From a virus, in the IMG/VR virus record IMGVR_UViG_3300035187_002824, positions 4,659 through 68,658 of that record: 64,000 bases of DNA, one strand, 5' to 3'. Shown here in pieces: positions 47,110-55,645 of this stretch (positions are counted from its first letter, which is position 1; the number at the start of each line of letters is the position of its first letter). The notes beneath the pieces were generated by a model that was not told the DNA's origin, ran no database searches, and was given only the letters and a program-made list of their open reading frames with translations. Made by a program: the position numbers and the translations under genes.

Positions 47110-47757
47110 CTATTTAAAGTGTTTGTTCAGCAGCTCAATATTTTCCGGGTCGGAGAGGAAGTCTTCTGCTGAGTTTGCAGACTTGAAACTGCCATAATGA
47201 GGACAAGTACAAGCAACCCGTCTCCATTGATTTAATTCTGAATAATACACCTGCACCTTGCCGCCTTCATTCATCTTATGTTCTAGCTGTTTGCGCTCGA
47301 ACCATGCTTCGGCTGCCTCCTTGGTGCGGTGGACGTTGCCGATGGAGAGTTGAGCATTATCATAAACACCATCATTCCAAGTGCATAAAACACCTATTCC
47401 TGCCATATTGCATATGAAATACTTATCCCTCACCTTCGGCCATTCATCCTTCGGTTGCTGCTGAGATAGTTGGGCTTTTAACTCCGCGTTCTCTTTGCGT
47501 AAGCGTTCGAGCTCATCTTCTTCTGCTATATCAGATAGCGTTATTGGCTCGTAATTATTAATTTCATGATCCCATTTACCATCTTTAGGAATAATGGCAA
47601 TAGGAAAAGATACCCTAACAGGAGAGTACTCTGTATATCTCTTGTCGCTACACCATTTTAACCCCGCTTCATCAAGCATCTTCGCCAGTTTGTCGTATTC
47701 ATCACGGTTTGTAACTACAATTCCACAGCCACTTTCAATTATGTCTTTCAGTTTCAT
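47110..47757 (-). CDS. hypothetical modular phage protein
   Basis: GLKWCS N-domain, coiled coil, GNVHRTKEAAE C-domain. Confidence 0.6.
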   Translation of the reverse strand: MKLKDIIESGCGIVVTNRDEYDKLAKMLDEAGLKWCSDKRYTEYSPVRVSFPIAIIPKDGKWDHEINNYEPITLSDIAEEDELERLRKENAELKAQLSQQQPKDEWPKVRDKYFICNMAGIGVLCTWNDGVYDNAQLSIGNVHRTKEAAEAWFERKQLEHKMNEGGKVQVYYSELNQWRRVACTCPHYGSFKSANSAEDFLSDPENIELLNKHFK

Positions 47758-47761
47758 AATG

Positions 47762-48286
47762 TTAATTCTTTTTATGGTTTGTTAAATTTTTAACAATTAG
47801 TTCAGAAATCTCAACAATTTGTGAATAACTGAGATCCTGCCCATGTCGCTGGATAATACTTACCAGGGCATCAAGCACATCGGGGGATCCCTTACTTATG
47901 AACCTGTAAGGAAAAGAATACAAGCATTTCAATGTAACCTTATCGCTTATCCTTCTCTTAAACAGTTCATACACGCCGCTGCTCATTTCCGGGCGGAACC
48001 TTTCAGACGGATCGGTACACAACATCCACGGCCCAGGCATCATACTCGGAGGATAAAACATAAGGACTTTAGCGGGAATAACATACCCCTTCATCCCTAT
48101 AAGATCTACACCACCATTACGAGTTTCCATGGTCCGGACACCTGGTTGGATTGGATAATCCTCTGAGATATAGACAAGGTCACCAGGCTTGAAAGCAATA
48201 CCACTAAAAAGACCGTTGTAACAAACAGGATAGTGTAGCTCTCGGCGCCCATCAAAAAAAGTTTTATACATAATGTTCATACACAC
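47762..48286 (-). CDS. hypothetical protein, first gene of the leftward arm
   Basis: 174-aa ORF. Confidence 0.55.
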   Translation of the reverse strand: MCMNIMYKTFFDGRRELHYPVCYNGLFSGIAFKPGDLVYISEDYPIQPGVRTMETRNGGVDLIGMKGYVIPAKVLMFYPPSMMPGPWMLCTDPSERFRPEMSSGVYELFKRRISDKVTLKCLYSFPYRFISKGSPDVLDALVSIIQRHGQDLSYSQIVEISELIVKNLTNHKKN

Positions 48287-48575
48287 TTATACACCCGGCC
48301 CATAAAAAATGTTTCAATTTCCCAACAAAAGATTTTGACATACATAACTTCAACGATCTAACCTCTTCCCTGTTCAAGACACCAGAGCCTATACATAAAT
48401 CGATCATACCCACATAATAATGCCCAAATTTTCAATGTCAAGAATAAACCACTCACCCCTATATTCCAGAGTACGCTCGTAAAGAACATGGTCCAATGGG
48501 CTAAAGTGAGGTTTGGCCACCGGTGAAACACCAGTGTTTACTGGGAAAGTTGAAAAATGAGTAGTTGATCAGGAT

Positions 48576-48680
48576 CAATAGGTGAACTCATGGGGTCAAT
48601 AATTGAACACATTGCACCAATAGGTAGACTCAAGGAACCAATAGGTGAACTCACGGCGATAAGAAGCTAGCTCACGGCGC
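48576..48680. repeat. degenerate 21-bp tandem repeats (about 5 units), iteron-like
   Basis: CAATA at 48576, 48597, 48618, 48639; CAATAGGTGAACTCA twice; CTCACGGCG at 48650 and 48671. Confidence 0.8.
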
Positions 48681-48853
48681 TAAAAAGGTTGGTGTGGGAG
48701 GGGTACTGTATCCGTACAAACATCCCTCCCCTGTTTTCAGTCCCGAAACGTAACCCAAAGTTCAAAGCCCCCCGCCCTATTATCGAATAAGATTCCAGTA
48801 CACTAGGGTAGGGTAGGGGGTTGCCTTGTCAGTTATGACCTGACATATTGTCT

Positions 48854-48881
48854 ACTTAACATAATAAATATTATACAGGCA
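48854..48881 (-). other. dif-like XerC/XerD site
   Basis: TGCCTGTATAA-TATTTA-TTATGTTAAGT, 11-6-11 layout; XerD arm is 10/11 identical to TTATGTTAAAT. Confidence 0.75.
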
Positions 48882-49155
48882 ATCTAATAACGTTTCATGC
48901 ATGGGAAAAATTCGCGTATATATGGTATAAACTAAACGCCTGTTTACTAAACATTTAGGTGATGTTAAATATTTAACACTTGAAACCTTTTTCTGCAACA
49001 TCTACCCAATCCACCCCTTGCCCATGCATATTTTTACCCTATTTCCATACCCTTTATTAACAAATTAGACTCTATATATCAGCAAGTTACATTTAGTCGA
49101 TAGGTTATCAACACCATATTGTTAATATCAAGTTTGATTTTTTTTCTGCAAACTA

Positions 49156-49185
49156 TTGCAGATTAAAAAACCTTATCTATCTTTG
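49156..49185 (+). promoter_or_regulatory. host-type promoter of the rightward (early) arm
   Basis: TTG(C) ... TATCTTTG with Bacteroidota -33/-7 type spacing and AT-rich upstream sequence. Confidence 0.7.
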
Positions 49186-49218
49186 TCATGTCGATATGAT
49201 TAAACAACATAGAGATAA

Positions 49219-49246
49219 GGCCGAAAGGCTACCAGTTCTTTTACAT
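49219..49246 (+). promoter_or_regulatory. boxB/boxA-like antitermination signal
   Basis: GGCC-GAAA-GGCT hairpin followed by GTTCTTTTACAT. Confidence 0.5.
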
Positions 49247-49558
49247 GTACATACATTAAACACAGGGCAACAAGGTAGTTGTCCTAATGGGAAAGGTATG
49301 TACCAAAGGTAGATAACCCGATGGTGGGTGTACTTAACAGTTAACAGGCTTTACTAACCTGTTCCTTATCTTAACCTTTGTTTGTTCATTGACGTATTGT
49401 GTAAAGCCCCTAGATATATAGGAAAGTAGTTTTACCGGAGGTAATTCGGCCGTGACCATACACGGACTACATGGGTTAAAAAGGTTAAGCGGGTACAAGT
49501 CCGCTGAAATTATCCGTCGTTTACTACACCGAATGCAGGATATATTTAATAGACTTAA

Positions 49559-49574
49559 TGTTCCACGTGGAACA
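49559..49574. other. parS-like palindrome
   Basis: TGTTCCACGTGGAACA, perfect 16-bp palindrome matching the chromosomal parS consensus. Confidence 0.75.
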
Positions 49575-49710
49575 TTTAAAATATAGCAACGTTCCTGAAT
49601 GTTTGCAAACGTCACGGCAACAGGGTTACCAAAGTGAAACGTTACCCCTTAATTAGTTGAAATAAGACTATAGAATCGAATTCGATTAAGGGGGCTAAAA
49701 ATCCATAAAC

Positions 49711-50103
49711 ATGAAAAATGCAATCATTACCGTATTTCAGGCCTCTACAGGTCTTGAAATCAAAAAAGAGTACAAAGGTGAATTCCTTACTTCAGAGGAG
49801 ACAAAGTCCAAAATTATTGGGTCTTCTCTTCATTCAGTTTTTTCCCTGCTCAAAGTTAGGCAAGAGACTGGTCAGAAAATCTTTAAACTTTCCGAATCAT
49901 TGGATATTTCCTTTGAGATGGATGGTGTTAAGATTTCCACCGCTGAGGTACGAGAATCATTAAAAGTACGTCTGAAACTTGGCAACAAGGCAAAACAGCA
50001 AAGAAAATTTGCTCAGACCTTTAAGGCCATTATTGACTATGCTTTGACAGATAATAAGTTTATGACCTTGGAAGAGGTTATCGAATCTATCCCTGCAGAG
50101 TAA
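49711..50103 (+). CDS. hypothetical early protein
   Basis: First rightward ORF, preceded by AAATCCA. Confidence 0.65.
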   Translation: MKNAIITVFQASTGLEIKKEYKGEFLTSEETKSKIIGSSLHSVFSLLKVRQETGQKIFKLSESLDISFEMDGVKISTAEVRESLKVRLKLGNKAKQQRKFAQTFKAIIDYALTDNKFMTLEEVIESIPAE

Positions 50104-50127
50104 TTACACTACCATCATTATTTTCCC

Positions 50128-50158
50128 CGCCCGAGGTATACCGCTTCGGGCTTTTTTA
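50128..50158 (+). terminator. intrinsic terminator
   Basis: GCCCGAGG-tataccg-CTTCGGGC-TTTTTT. Confidence 0.65.
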
Positions 50159-50178
50159 TTACCAAAAAACCACAGGTC

Positions 50179-50346
50179 ATGAAAAGTCAATTCATTTCCC
50201 CCGCCGTGCGCTCTGAAATTTCAACCATGCGCAAATATAAAGTCCGTAAACAACAAACGGATAAACACAACAGATACGTTTGGGCTGTTATCGCAGTGGC
50301 TACAATTGTGGCAATCGTATTGGACCAACTAGGCTTAATCGTATGA
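50179..50346 (+). CDS. small membrane protein (55 aa)
   Basis: Basic N-terminus then VWAVIAVATIVAIVL; read manually. Confidence 0.5.
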   Translation: MKSQFISPAVRSEISTMRKYKVRKQQTDKHNRYVWAVIAVATIVAIVLDQLGLIV

Positions 50347-50436
50347 AAAAGCAAAGAGACTTCACAGTAATGGCCTATATTATAGGCTATGGACTAGCGT
50401 TTATCATTGCATTACTCACTTCATTATAAATAAGTC

Positions 50437-50826
50437 ATGGACGCAAAAATTTTTTACAAAGAACTGAAGCTTAACAAGCCAACAGTTTATGAGGCATTCA
50501 CTAATTCGCATGGCCAAGTGGTTGTGTTGGTAGAACATCCATGGAAAGGTGACGAATATCCAGTTATTGCCATGTTTCCCGAACTTCAAATGGCGTTCAA
50601 AACAGAATTCTTTGACACAGAAGACATGTTGGCCGAACACAAAGAGTATGAACCGTATTTTTATAACGGGAAAATAAAATATGGCGCTGGGAAAATTGAA
50701 ACTTCAGATGAGGAGTTTCTTGGGTATATCATAAAAACACTCATTCCTGACCTGAGAGAGGGAGGGCATGACTTTATTGCCGACGATATTTTCAGATTGT
50801 ATGAAATGGTATCTAAACTGATGTAA
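50437..50826 (+). CDS. hypothetical protein
   Basis: EHPWKGDEYPVI motif; operon packing. Confidence 0.6.
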   Translation: MDAKIFYKELKLNKPTVYEAFTNSHGQVVVLVEHPWKGDEYPVIAMFPELQMAFKTEFFDTEDMLAEHKEYEPYFYNGKIKYGAGKIETSDEEFLGYIIKTLIPDLREGGHDFIADDIFRLYEMVSKLM

Positions 50827-50827
50827 T

Positions 50828-51310
50828 ATGAACTATCCTTCTATCGGGTTTCTTGCCCGTATAAAAAATTCTTGGCCGTACTCTGTACGACTGAATGAAT
50901 TCATCCGACAAAAAGTCGAGAACGAATTGAAAATTGAAATACAAGTTGTCGGAGAATCACGCGATGACTGGGAGCAAATAAGATATTCCAACCCACTAAA
51001 GCAGACTATCAGTACAATTGGTTGCGAAAATACTATCTTTGGAGACCCGCAAGTGAACATTATGTTCCGAGCATGGCATGACTACATCCATATCACAAAG
51101 CAATTGGACTTCTCGCCCATTAACGAAGCTGCCGTAGCATTCATCCAAGCAAGTGAACTGCCTTGGGACTGGTGGTACGAGAAACAATTAATCATCGCCG
51201 AAGTTGTCGGGCAAGTTGTGAATCACGAACGTACAGGTCAGTTCAATCACGACCAACGTGCATTCACACTTAACCTACTGGCAACAGGTACAACAGACGT
51301 AAACTTTTAA
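50828..51310 (+). CDS. hypothetical protein with FRAWHD..H motif (putative metal-dependent enzyme)
   Basis: NIMFRAWHDYIH...F....E...AEVVGQ. Confidence 0.55.
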   Translation: MNYPSIGFLARIKNSWPYSVRLNEFIRQKVENELKIEIQVVGESRDDWEQIRYSNPLKQTISTIGCENTIFGDPQVNIMFRAWHDYIHITKQLDFSPINEAAVAFIQASELPWDWWYEKQLIIAEVVGQVVNHERTGQFNHDQRAFTLNLLATGTTDVNF

Positions 51311-51322
51311 ATCCAACATACC

Positions 51323-51472
51323 ATGAACACAGGTAAAATTCCCGCAAACGTAGGACATTCTATGTCCAAGCAAGGTAAAATTAAAGTAGGTCGCAACGCT
51401 AAAGAGGTGGCCCGTAAACTTGAGTCCGGAGAATACATCTTCCGTGACGGATACATTGTCAAATTAAAGTAG
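51323..51472 (+). CDS. small basic protein (49 aa)
   Basis: MNTGKIPANVGHSMSKQGKIKVGR..., AAATCCA leader; read manually. Confidence 0.5.
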   Translation: MNTGKIPANVGHSMSKQGKIKVGRNAKEVARKLESGEYIFRDGYIVKLK

Positions 51473-51498
51473 TATCCCGCCCCTAAAATGGGGCGCTT

Positions 51499-51586
51499 GG
51501 TCAGGTGGCGTAATTGGTGAAAGCAACGTGGGCTTGGTGAAAATCCAACACGTCTGATGCAGGTTCGAATCCTGCCCTGACCACCA
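51499..51586 (+). ncRNA. tRNA-like element A with non-canonical anticodon arm, CCA encoded
   Basis: GGTCAGG/CCTGACC-A-CCA, TGGCGTAATTGG, GCAGG-TTCGAAT-CCTGC. Confidence 0.7.
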
Positions 51587-51594
51587 ATTTAATT

Positions 51595-51700
51595 GATGAG
51601 TTCGTCTAATGGTAGGACTGATCTATGATAGATCCTGATGCTGAGTTAGTCGGCACTGAAAGTTGAAACACTTATACGGGTTCGATTCCCGTACTCATCA
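51595..51700 (+). ncRNA. tRNA-like element B with multi-hairpin insert in place of the anticodon arm
   Basis: GATGAGT/ACTCATC, GTCTAATGGTAGGAC D arm, ACGGG-TTCGATT-CCCGT. Confidence 0.7.
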
Positions 51701-51719
51701 CTATAAAAATCCAAAGCTT

Positions 51720-51974
51720 ATGTCAGAGTTTGAAATCATTATCCTCCTTCGCAAAGGTAATTTGAAGGATCAACTGCTCACTGAGAACAAAGTACTTGCA
51801 TACGAATGGCTCAAGGAACGGGCAGCAGAGGTACTTGAGTGGGAAAAGTGTATTATCGAAGAAACGTATGAGACTATCACGGCAAGTGAAGAGGATGTAT
51901 ACAGTAGAATCAACAGAGATATCCGAGGTCTTGGGTATGAATTTATTTGGCTCACAGAAGTTGAACCTCAATAA
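51720..51974 (+). CDS. hypothetical protein
   Basis: Start MSEFEII after AAATCCA; the longer ORF-track start lies inside element B. Confidence 0.55.
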   Translation: MSEFEIIILLRKGNLKDQLLTENKVLAYEWLKERAAEVLEWEKCIIEETYETITASEEDVYSRINRDIRGLGYEFIWLTEVEPQ

Positions 51975-51982
51975 AAATAATC

Positions 51983-52321
51983 ATGAGCAAACGTGCATCC
52001 AAACAAGCGTACGATTCTTTCAATAGACTGTATGCTCGGTTCGAATCAGGTGAAATTAACCTGAAAGAACAGACGGTTAATGGCAGTCCCGCGCAAAAGT
52101 ATGACGGAAACATGAATGGTATTGCAAAGGACCTGAGCGAAGGTAAAGATCTTGAACAGTTATTCATCCATGCATACGACCGAGCAGACATATCCATATT
52201 CTCACAACTGGTGACTGGTGTACTGCATAAGGGAGTAAACTTCATGCCCGATGCTGCGAAGGCAAAGTTCCGTAAGAAGTATGCTCAGCTATTTGATTTA
52301 ATTATCGAGAAACATTTGTAA
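51983..52321 (+). CDS. hypothetical protein
   Basis: Tightly packed + strand ORF. Confidence 0.6.
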   Translation: MSKRASKQAYDSFNRLYARFESGEINLKEQTVNGSPAQKYDGNMNGIAKDLSEGKDLEQLFIHAYDRADISIFSQLVTGVLHKGVNFMPDAAKAKFRKKYAQLFDLIIEKHL

Positions 52322-52323
52322 CT

Positions 52324-52788
52324 ATGGGACGCTCAGTAGATTACCTCAGCCATGCACTACACGTAGTGTATATCGACGTTGACTATCCTGACAAAGTTGA
52401 GAACGAGGATGGTGAGATGGTAGATGCAACAGACTTTGATAATGAATGTCATTGGGACTGGTTCACAGAAACAATCACGGAGAATCTCCCCGCCGGTATC
52501 AAGTCGCTCGATAATATTTGGAAGGAACGTAAATGGGACGGTGATGAAACACGTATCATCTTCGAGAACAAACACTGCGAGATAGGACTATCCGAGTACT
52601 GTGGTATTGCATCCATCTCTATCCGTGACAAAGATAACTCGGACCACCCCGGCCTGGCCATAGCATGGGCGCATAAAGTATGGCCACGCATCGTCCGGAA
52701 TCTACATGATACGTTCGGAGAAAATGTACTCATCAAGTTAGGTACGTTCTCCAATGGACAAAGTGTGTACGATAGAATGAAACCTTAA
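52324..52788 (+). CDS. hypothetical protein
   Basis: MGRSV...SEYCG...LGTFSNG, conserved-looking phage protein. Confidence 0.6.
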   Translation: MGRSVDYLSHALHVVYIDVDYPDKVENEDGEMVDATDFDNECHWDWFTETITENLPAGIKSLDNIWKERKWDGDETRIIFENKHCEIGLSEYCGIASISIRDKDNSDHPGLAIAWAHKVWPRIVRNLHDTFGENVLIKLGTFSNGQSVYDRMKP

Positions 52789-52800
52789 ATCCACATAGTT

Positions 52801-53040
52801 ATGAAAACACCACGCATCATTCAATTACTTGATTTACCTGAAGGTAACTCAGTTAATTCAGAGTTCGGACTAATATCTGTACTCGACCCATCGTTTCCGA
52901 GTGAGACAATCGAAGAAGAATTCTCCGAATGGATGGAGGATACTCAAGGAGGAGGTAATGCATCAGAATTTGTTGATTACTTAAACTCAAAGTGGCCGAA
53001 CATATTCGAAGTAGTGTTTGTTGAACAAATAAATCCATGA
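52801..53040 (+). CDS. hypothetical acidic protein
   Basis: AAATCCA leader. Confidence 0.55.
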   Translation: MKTPRIIQLLDLPEGNSVNSEFGLISVLDPSFPSETIEEEFSEWMEDTQGGGNASEFVDYLNSKWPNIFEVVFVEQINP

Positions 53041-53043
53041 ACC

Positions 53044-53364
53044 ATGAACATCACATACACCCATTCATTTGTCTTCAAGAAATCGAAGACTGTATTCAAC
53101 GACTGCCCGCCGAATAAAGATGGGCGCACCGATGTTGAAGTCACAACATTCAAGCGAGAGAATCAAATCGTATCATCCTTCCAGTATGGTAAGGTGGAAT
53201 ATGGCCAAGGGTACTCATCATTCTCATTCACCATGTACCAAGATGAGTACGGTAGAATCCATAACGAATCATTCAAGCGCATCACCGACAAGATGATTCA
53301 GAAGCAACACTCAGAAGCTGTTGCTATCTTCATGAAGAACAAAGGATGGGAGGTTAAGCCATGA
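53044..53364 (+). CDS. hypothetical protein
   Basis: AAATCCA leader; coupled to the next gene. Confidence 0.55.
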   Translation: MNITYTHSFVFKKSKTVFNDCPPNKDGRTDVEVTTFKRENQIVSSFQYGKVEYGQGYSSFSFTMYQDEYGRIHNESFKRITDKMIQKQHSEAVAIFMKNKGWEVKP

Positions 53365-53654
53365 ACCAGAAGGAAATACAAGAGCGCAATAAGCAGATAG
53401 CTATGATGCTTGATACAAAATTACATGAATCACAGTTATCTATGCCTCATCCTCATTATACTTGTTACCACTCGGATTGGAATTGGTTAATGGAAGCGGT
53501 TGAGTTTATTCAAGAACTTGAAGATAAATTAGGTGATAAAGAAAACTTCAAGATATTCAATAGAGTTCTTGCCTTATCAATAGGAACTAAAAAAGAAACT
53601 GTATTTATAGCAGTATCTGATTTCGCAAAACAGTACAATGAGAACAAGAAATAG
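53361..53654 (+). CDS. hypothetical protein with YHSDWNWLM..V..I motif
   Basis: N..IA.M...YHSDWNWLMEAVEFI. Confidence 0.6.
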   Translation: MNQKEIQERNKQIAMMLDTKLHESQLSMPHPHYTCYHSDWNWLMEAVEFIQELEDKLGDKENFKIFNRVLALSIGTKKETVFIAVSDFAKQYNENKK

Positions 53655-53665
53655 GAGACACAACC

Positions 53666-53881
53666 ATGAAATACTTTCTCGTAACATTCACCGAACTGTA
53701 CGACGGGTACGAGTTCACCTCAACGCACGCTATCGCAGCACATGACCATCGATCACTAATGATTAAAGTGAATAGCCTTCGACATGAAGGCAACGACTTT
53801 GAAGACCGACTCGACAAGGTGGTTCTAATCTCCAAAGAGGAGTTCGATATGTTCAACGAATTAATTTCAAGACAACCATGA
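53666..53881 (+). CDS. hypothetical protein
   Basis: Coupled ORF. Confidence 0.55.
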   Translation: MKYFLVTFTELYDGYEFTSTHAIAAHDHRSLMIKVNSLRHEGNDFEDRLDKVVLISKEEFDMFNELISRQP

Positions 53882-54180
53882 AAGACTCAGTAACAGTACC
53901 TACCAATGCAAAGATTCTTGTATGGTGGGACGGGCAAGCCATCGCCGTAGTAATGGGTAACACAGAGCAAGTCATTGAACAGATCGAGACTGCATGCAGA
54001 GAACATTCATGCTTCGAGTCTGTCAAGGTTATCCGCCCAGTCGATATCAACCTTGGTTTCCTGGAAAAAGTATACATCTCAGTACTCATTAATGATGGTA
54101 TTGAAAAGTATGAAGGTGATGTTGAGCTAACTACCATCACTGATTATTCACACAATAACTACATGGAGGTACAGCCATGA
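53878..54180 (+). CDS. hypothetical protein, paralog of the N-terminal half of the next gene
   Basis: WWDGQAIAVVMG..EQIETACR. Confidence 0.6.
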   Translation: MKDSVTVPTNAKILVWWDGQAIAVVMGNTEQVIEQIETACREHSCFESVKVIRPVDINLGFLEKVYISVLINDGIEKYEGDVELTTITDYSHNNYMEVQP

Positions 54181-54689
54181 ACAAAGCAACAAAGATGATA
54201 CTATGGTGGGAAGGACAAGTACTAGCCATTGTAATGGGTGATGCCAAGCAGATAACCGAACAGATTGAAGAGGCGTGCCGCAACAACTTAGGCTATCCCG
54301 AATTCATGGTTGTCGAACCCAACGATCTCAACATCGGAAAGCGTGACGTAGTATCGCTCGATACAAAGTACAAGTACTCAGAAGATGGTGATTGGAATGA
54401 GGGTATGGTTGAATTAACAGAGGTACTTGATTACTCACCTCAGCGTGACACAGGATGGATCGAAACTCATTATGAAATCTCAGGTGCTATCTATCTTGAG
54501 TTCGAAAAAGATAATCCAACCGGCCTCGTAGCTGAACGACACGCAGCACAGGGTACTGGTGGACTGTACGAACTGGCCGAAGAATTAACCGATGAGTTCG
54601 AAGAGATGAACAAGGACCGTGAATGGGACGGTGAGTACATCGAAGAACTTTATTCATTCATTCAAAACAAATTGTATGGCACTGCATAA
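54177..54689 (+). CDS. hypothetical two-domain protein
   Basis: WWEGQVLAIVMG..EQIEEACR plus a C-domain ETHYEI...GTGGLYELAEELTDEFE. Confidence 0.6.
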   Translation: MNKATKMILWWEGQVLAIVMGDAKQITEQIEEACRNNLGYPEFMVVEPNDLNIGKRDVVSLDTKYKYSEDGDWNEGMVELTEVLDYSPQRDTGWIETHYEISGAIYLEFEKDNPTGLVAERHAAQGTGGLYELAEELTDEFEEMNKDREWDGEYIEELYSFIQNKLYGTA

Positions 54690-54939
54690 CGAACACCTCC
54701 GGAAAGCTGACGAGACGTATGAGATCCGTCACGATAACAATGGCAATGCTATCCACGTATACATAGACGGGTACGGCGGGGCCAAAGTGTACCCAACACT
54801 CAACGAACTGGTCAAAGATGTGTACCTCAATGAGGATAGTGAATCTTTCTACATCAAGGAAGATGAACTTGAATATCTGTACGACTTCGAGGAGTACAAC
54901 TTTTACAAGATGCGCGAAGCATGGCTTGACAAATTTTAA
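54676..54939 (+). CDS. hypothetical protein
   Basis: Start MALHNEH overlapping the upstream gene end. Confidence 0.55.
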   Translation: MALHNEHLRKADETYEIRHDNNGNAIHVYIDGYGGAKVYPTLNELVKDVYLNEDSESFYIKEDELEYLYDFEEYNFYKMREAWLDKF

Positions 54940-54950
54940 TACCAACCACC

Positions 54951-55634
54951 ATGAAAAAGAAAAATCCAGCAGTGAAAACACTACTCGTACACAACCAGGT
55001 ACGTAACATCATCAATGTATACCGACAAGCATTCGACCACGAGGTTGAAGCAGGTACAAAATGGTATAAAGAGGCTCGAGAATTCTGCGAGCAATTGGCT
55101 GACAAATCAAATGGTAAGGTTCACTGGACCACAGTTGCTGCCATCGTAGCTGTGTTATCTCCGGGAGTTACATGGGAACGCAACAAGCTTGATGCTGAAG
55201 ACCTCATCCTTAAGTACCTCACTAAAGGTAAGAAGGTTAACCCATATCGCTATGCTACTTACCCTGTTAATGTTAGCAAGGCAGAAGATATCTATGCGAC
55301 AGACCCTGCATACGAAAGCTATTACAATATCATAAAAGGTAAGGCAGGATTCAAGACCGCATCGTTCTTCACAAACATTCTCGGAGACCTTTCTGTTGTC
55401 ACAGTAGATCGCCACGCATACAAGGTAGCAAACAATATCTACGAAGGTGGTGCTGTCCCAATGCATGCTAAGCGTTATCGTGACACTGCTTCTGCTTATG
55501 TTAAGGCAGCTGAGATACTCGATGTTCCCCCGGCTATCGTACAAGCGGTGACATGGGTTACATATCGTAGACTGTCCGGCCTTGTCAAGCAACAGGAAGA
55601 GCTTGCTGAAGAAACTTATGTTGAACCATTTTAA
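54951..55634 (+). CDS. HhH-GPD DNA glycosylase-like protein
   Basis: GTKWY..A, AAIVAVLSP..TW..N, GFKTASF, VTVDRHA, VQAVTW. Confidence 0.6.
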   Translation: MKKKNPAVKTLLVHNQVRNIINVYRQAFDHEVEAGTKWYKEAREFCEQLADKSNGKVHWTTVAAIVAVLSPGVTWERNKLDAEDLILKYLTKGKKVNPYRYATYPVNVSKAEDIYATDPAYESYYNIIKGKAGFKTASFFTNILGDLSVVTVDRHAYKVANNIYEGGAVPMHAKRYRDTASAYVKAAEILDVPPAIVQAVTWVTYRRLSGLVKQQEELAEETYVEPF

Positions 55635-55645
55635 TTCATAAAGCC

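Noticed and set aside
48576-48680. 21-bp repeats as a CRISPR mini-array or a heptad-repeat ORF
   Set aside because: No unique spacers between units; the in-frame reading is bounded by TGA and TAG and is very short
49334-49615. 93-aa minus-strand ORF
   Set aside because: Opposes the early promoter and contains NVPRGT, the usual translation of a parS palindrome; likely spurious
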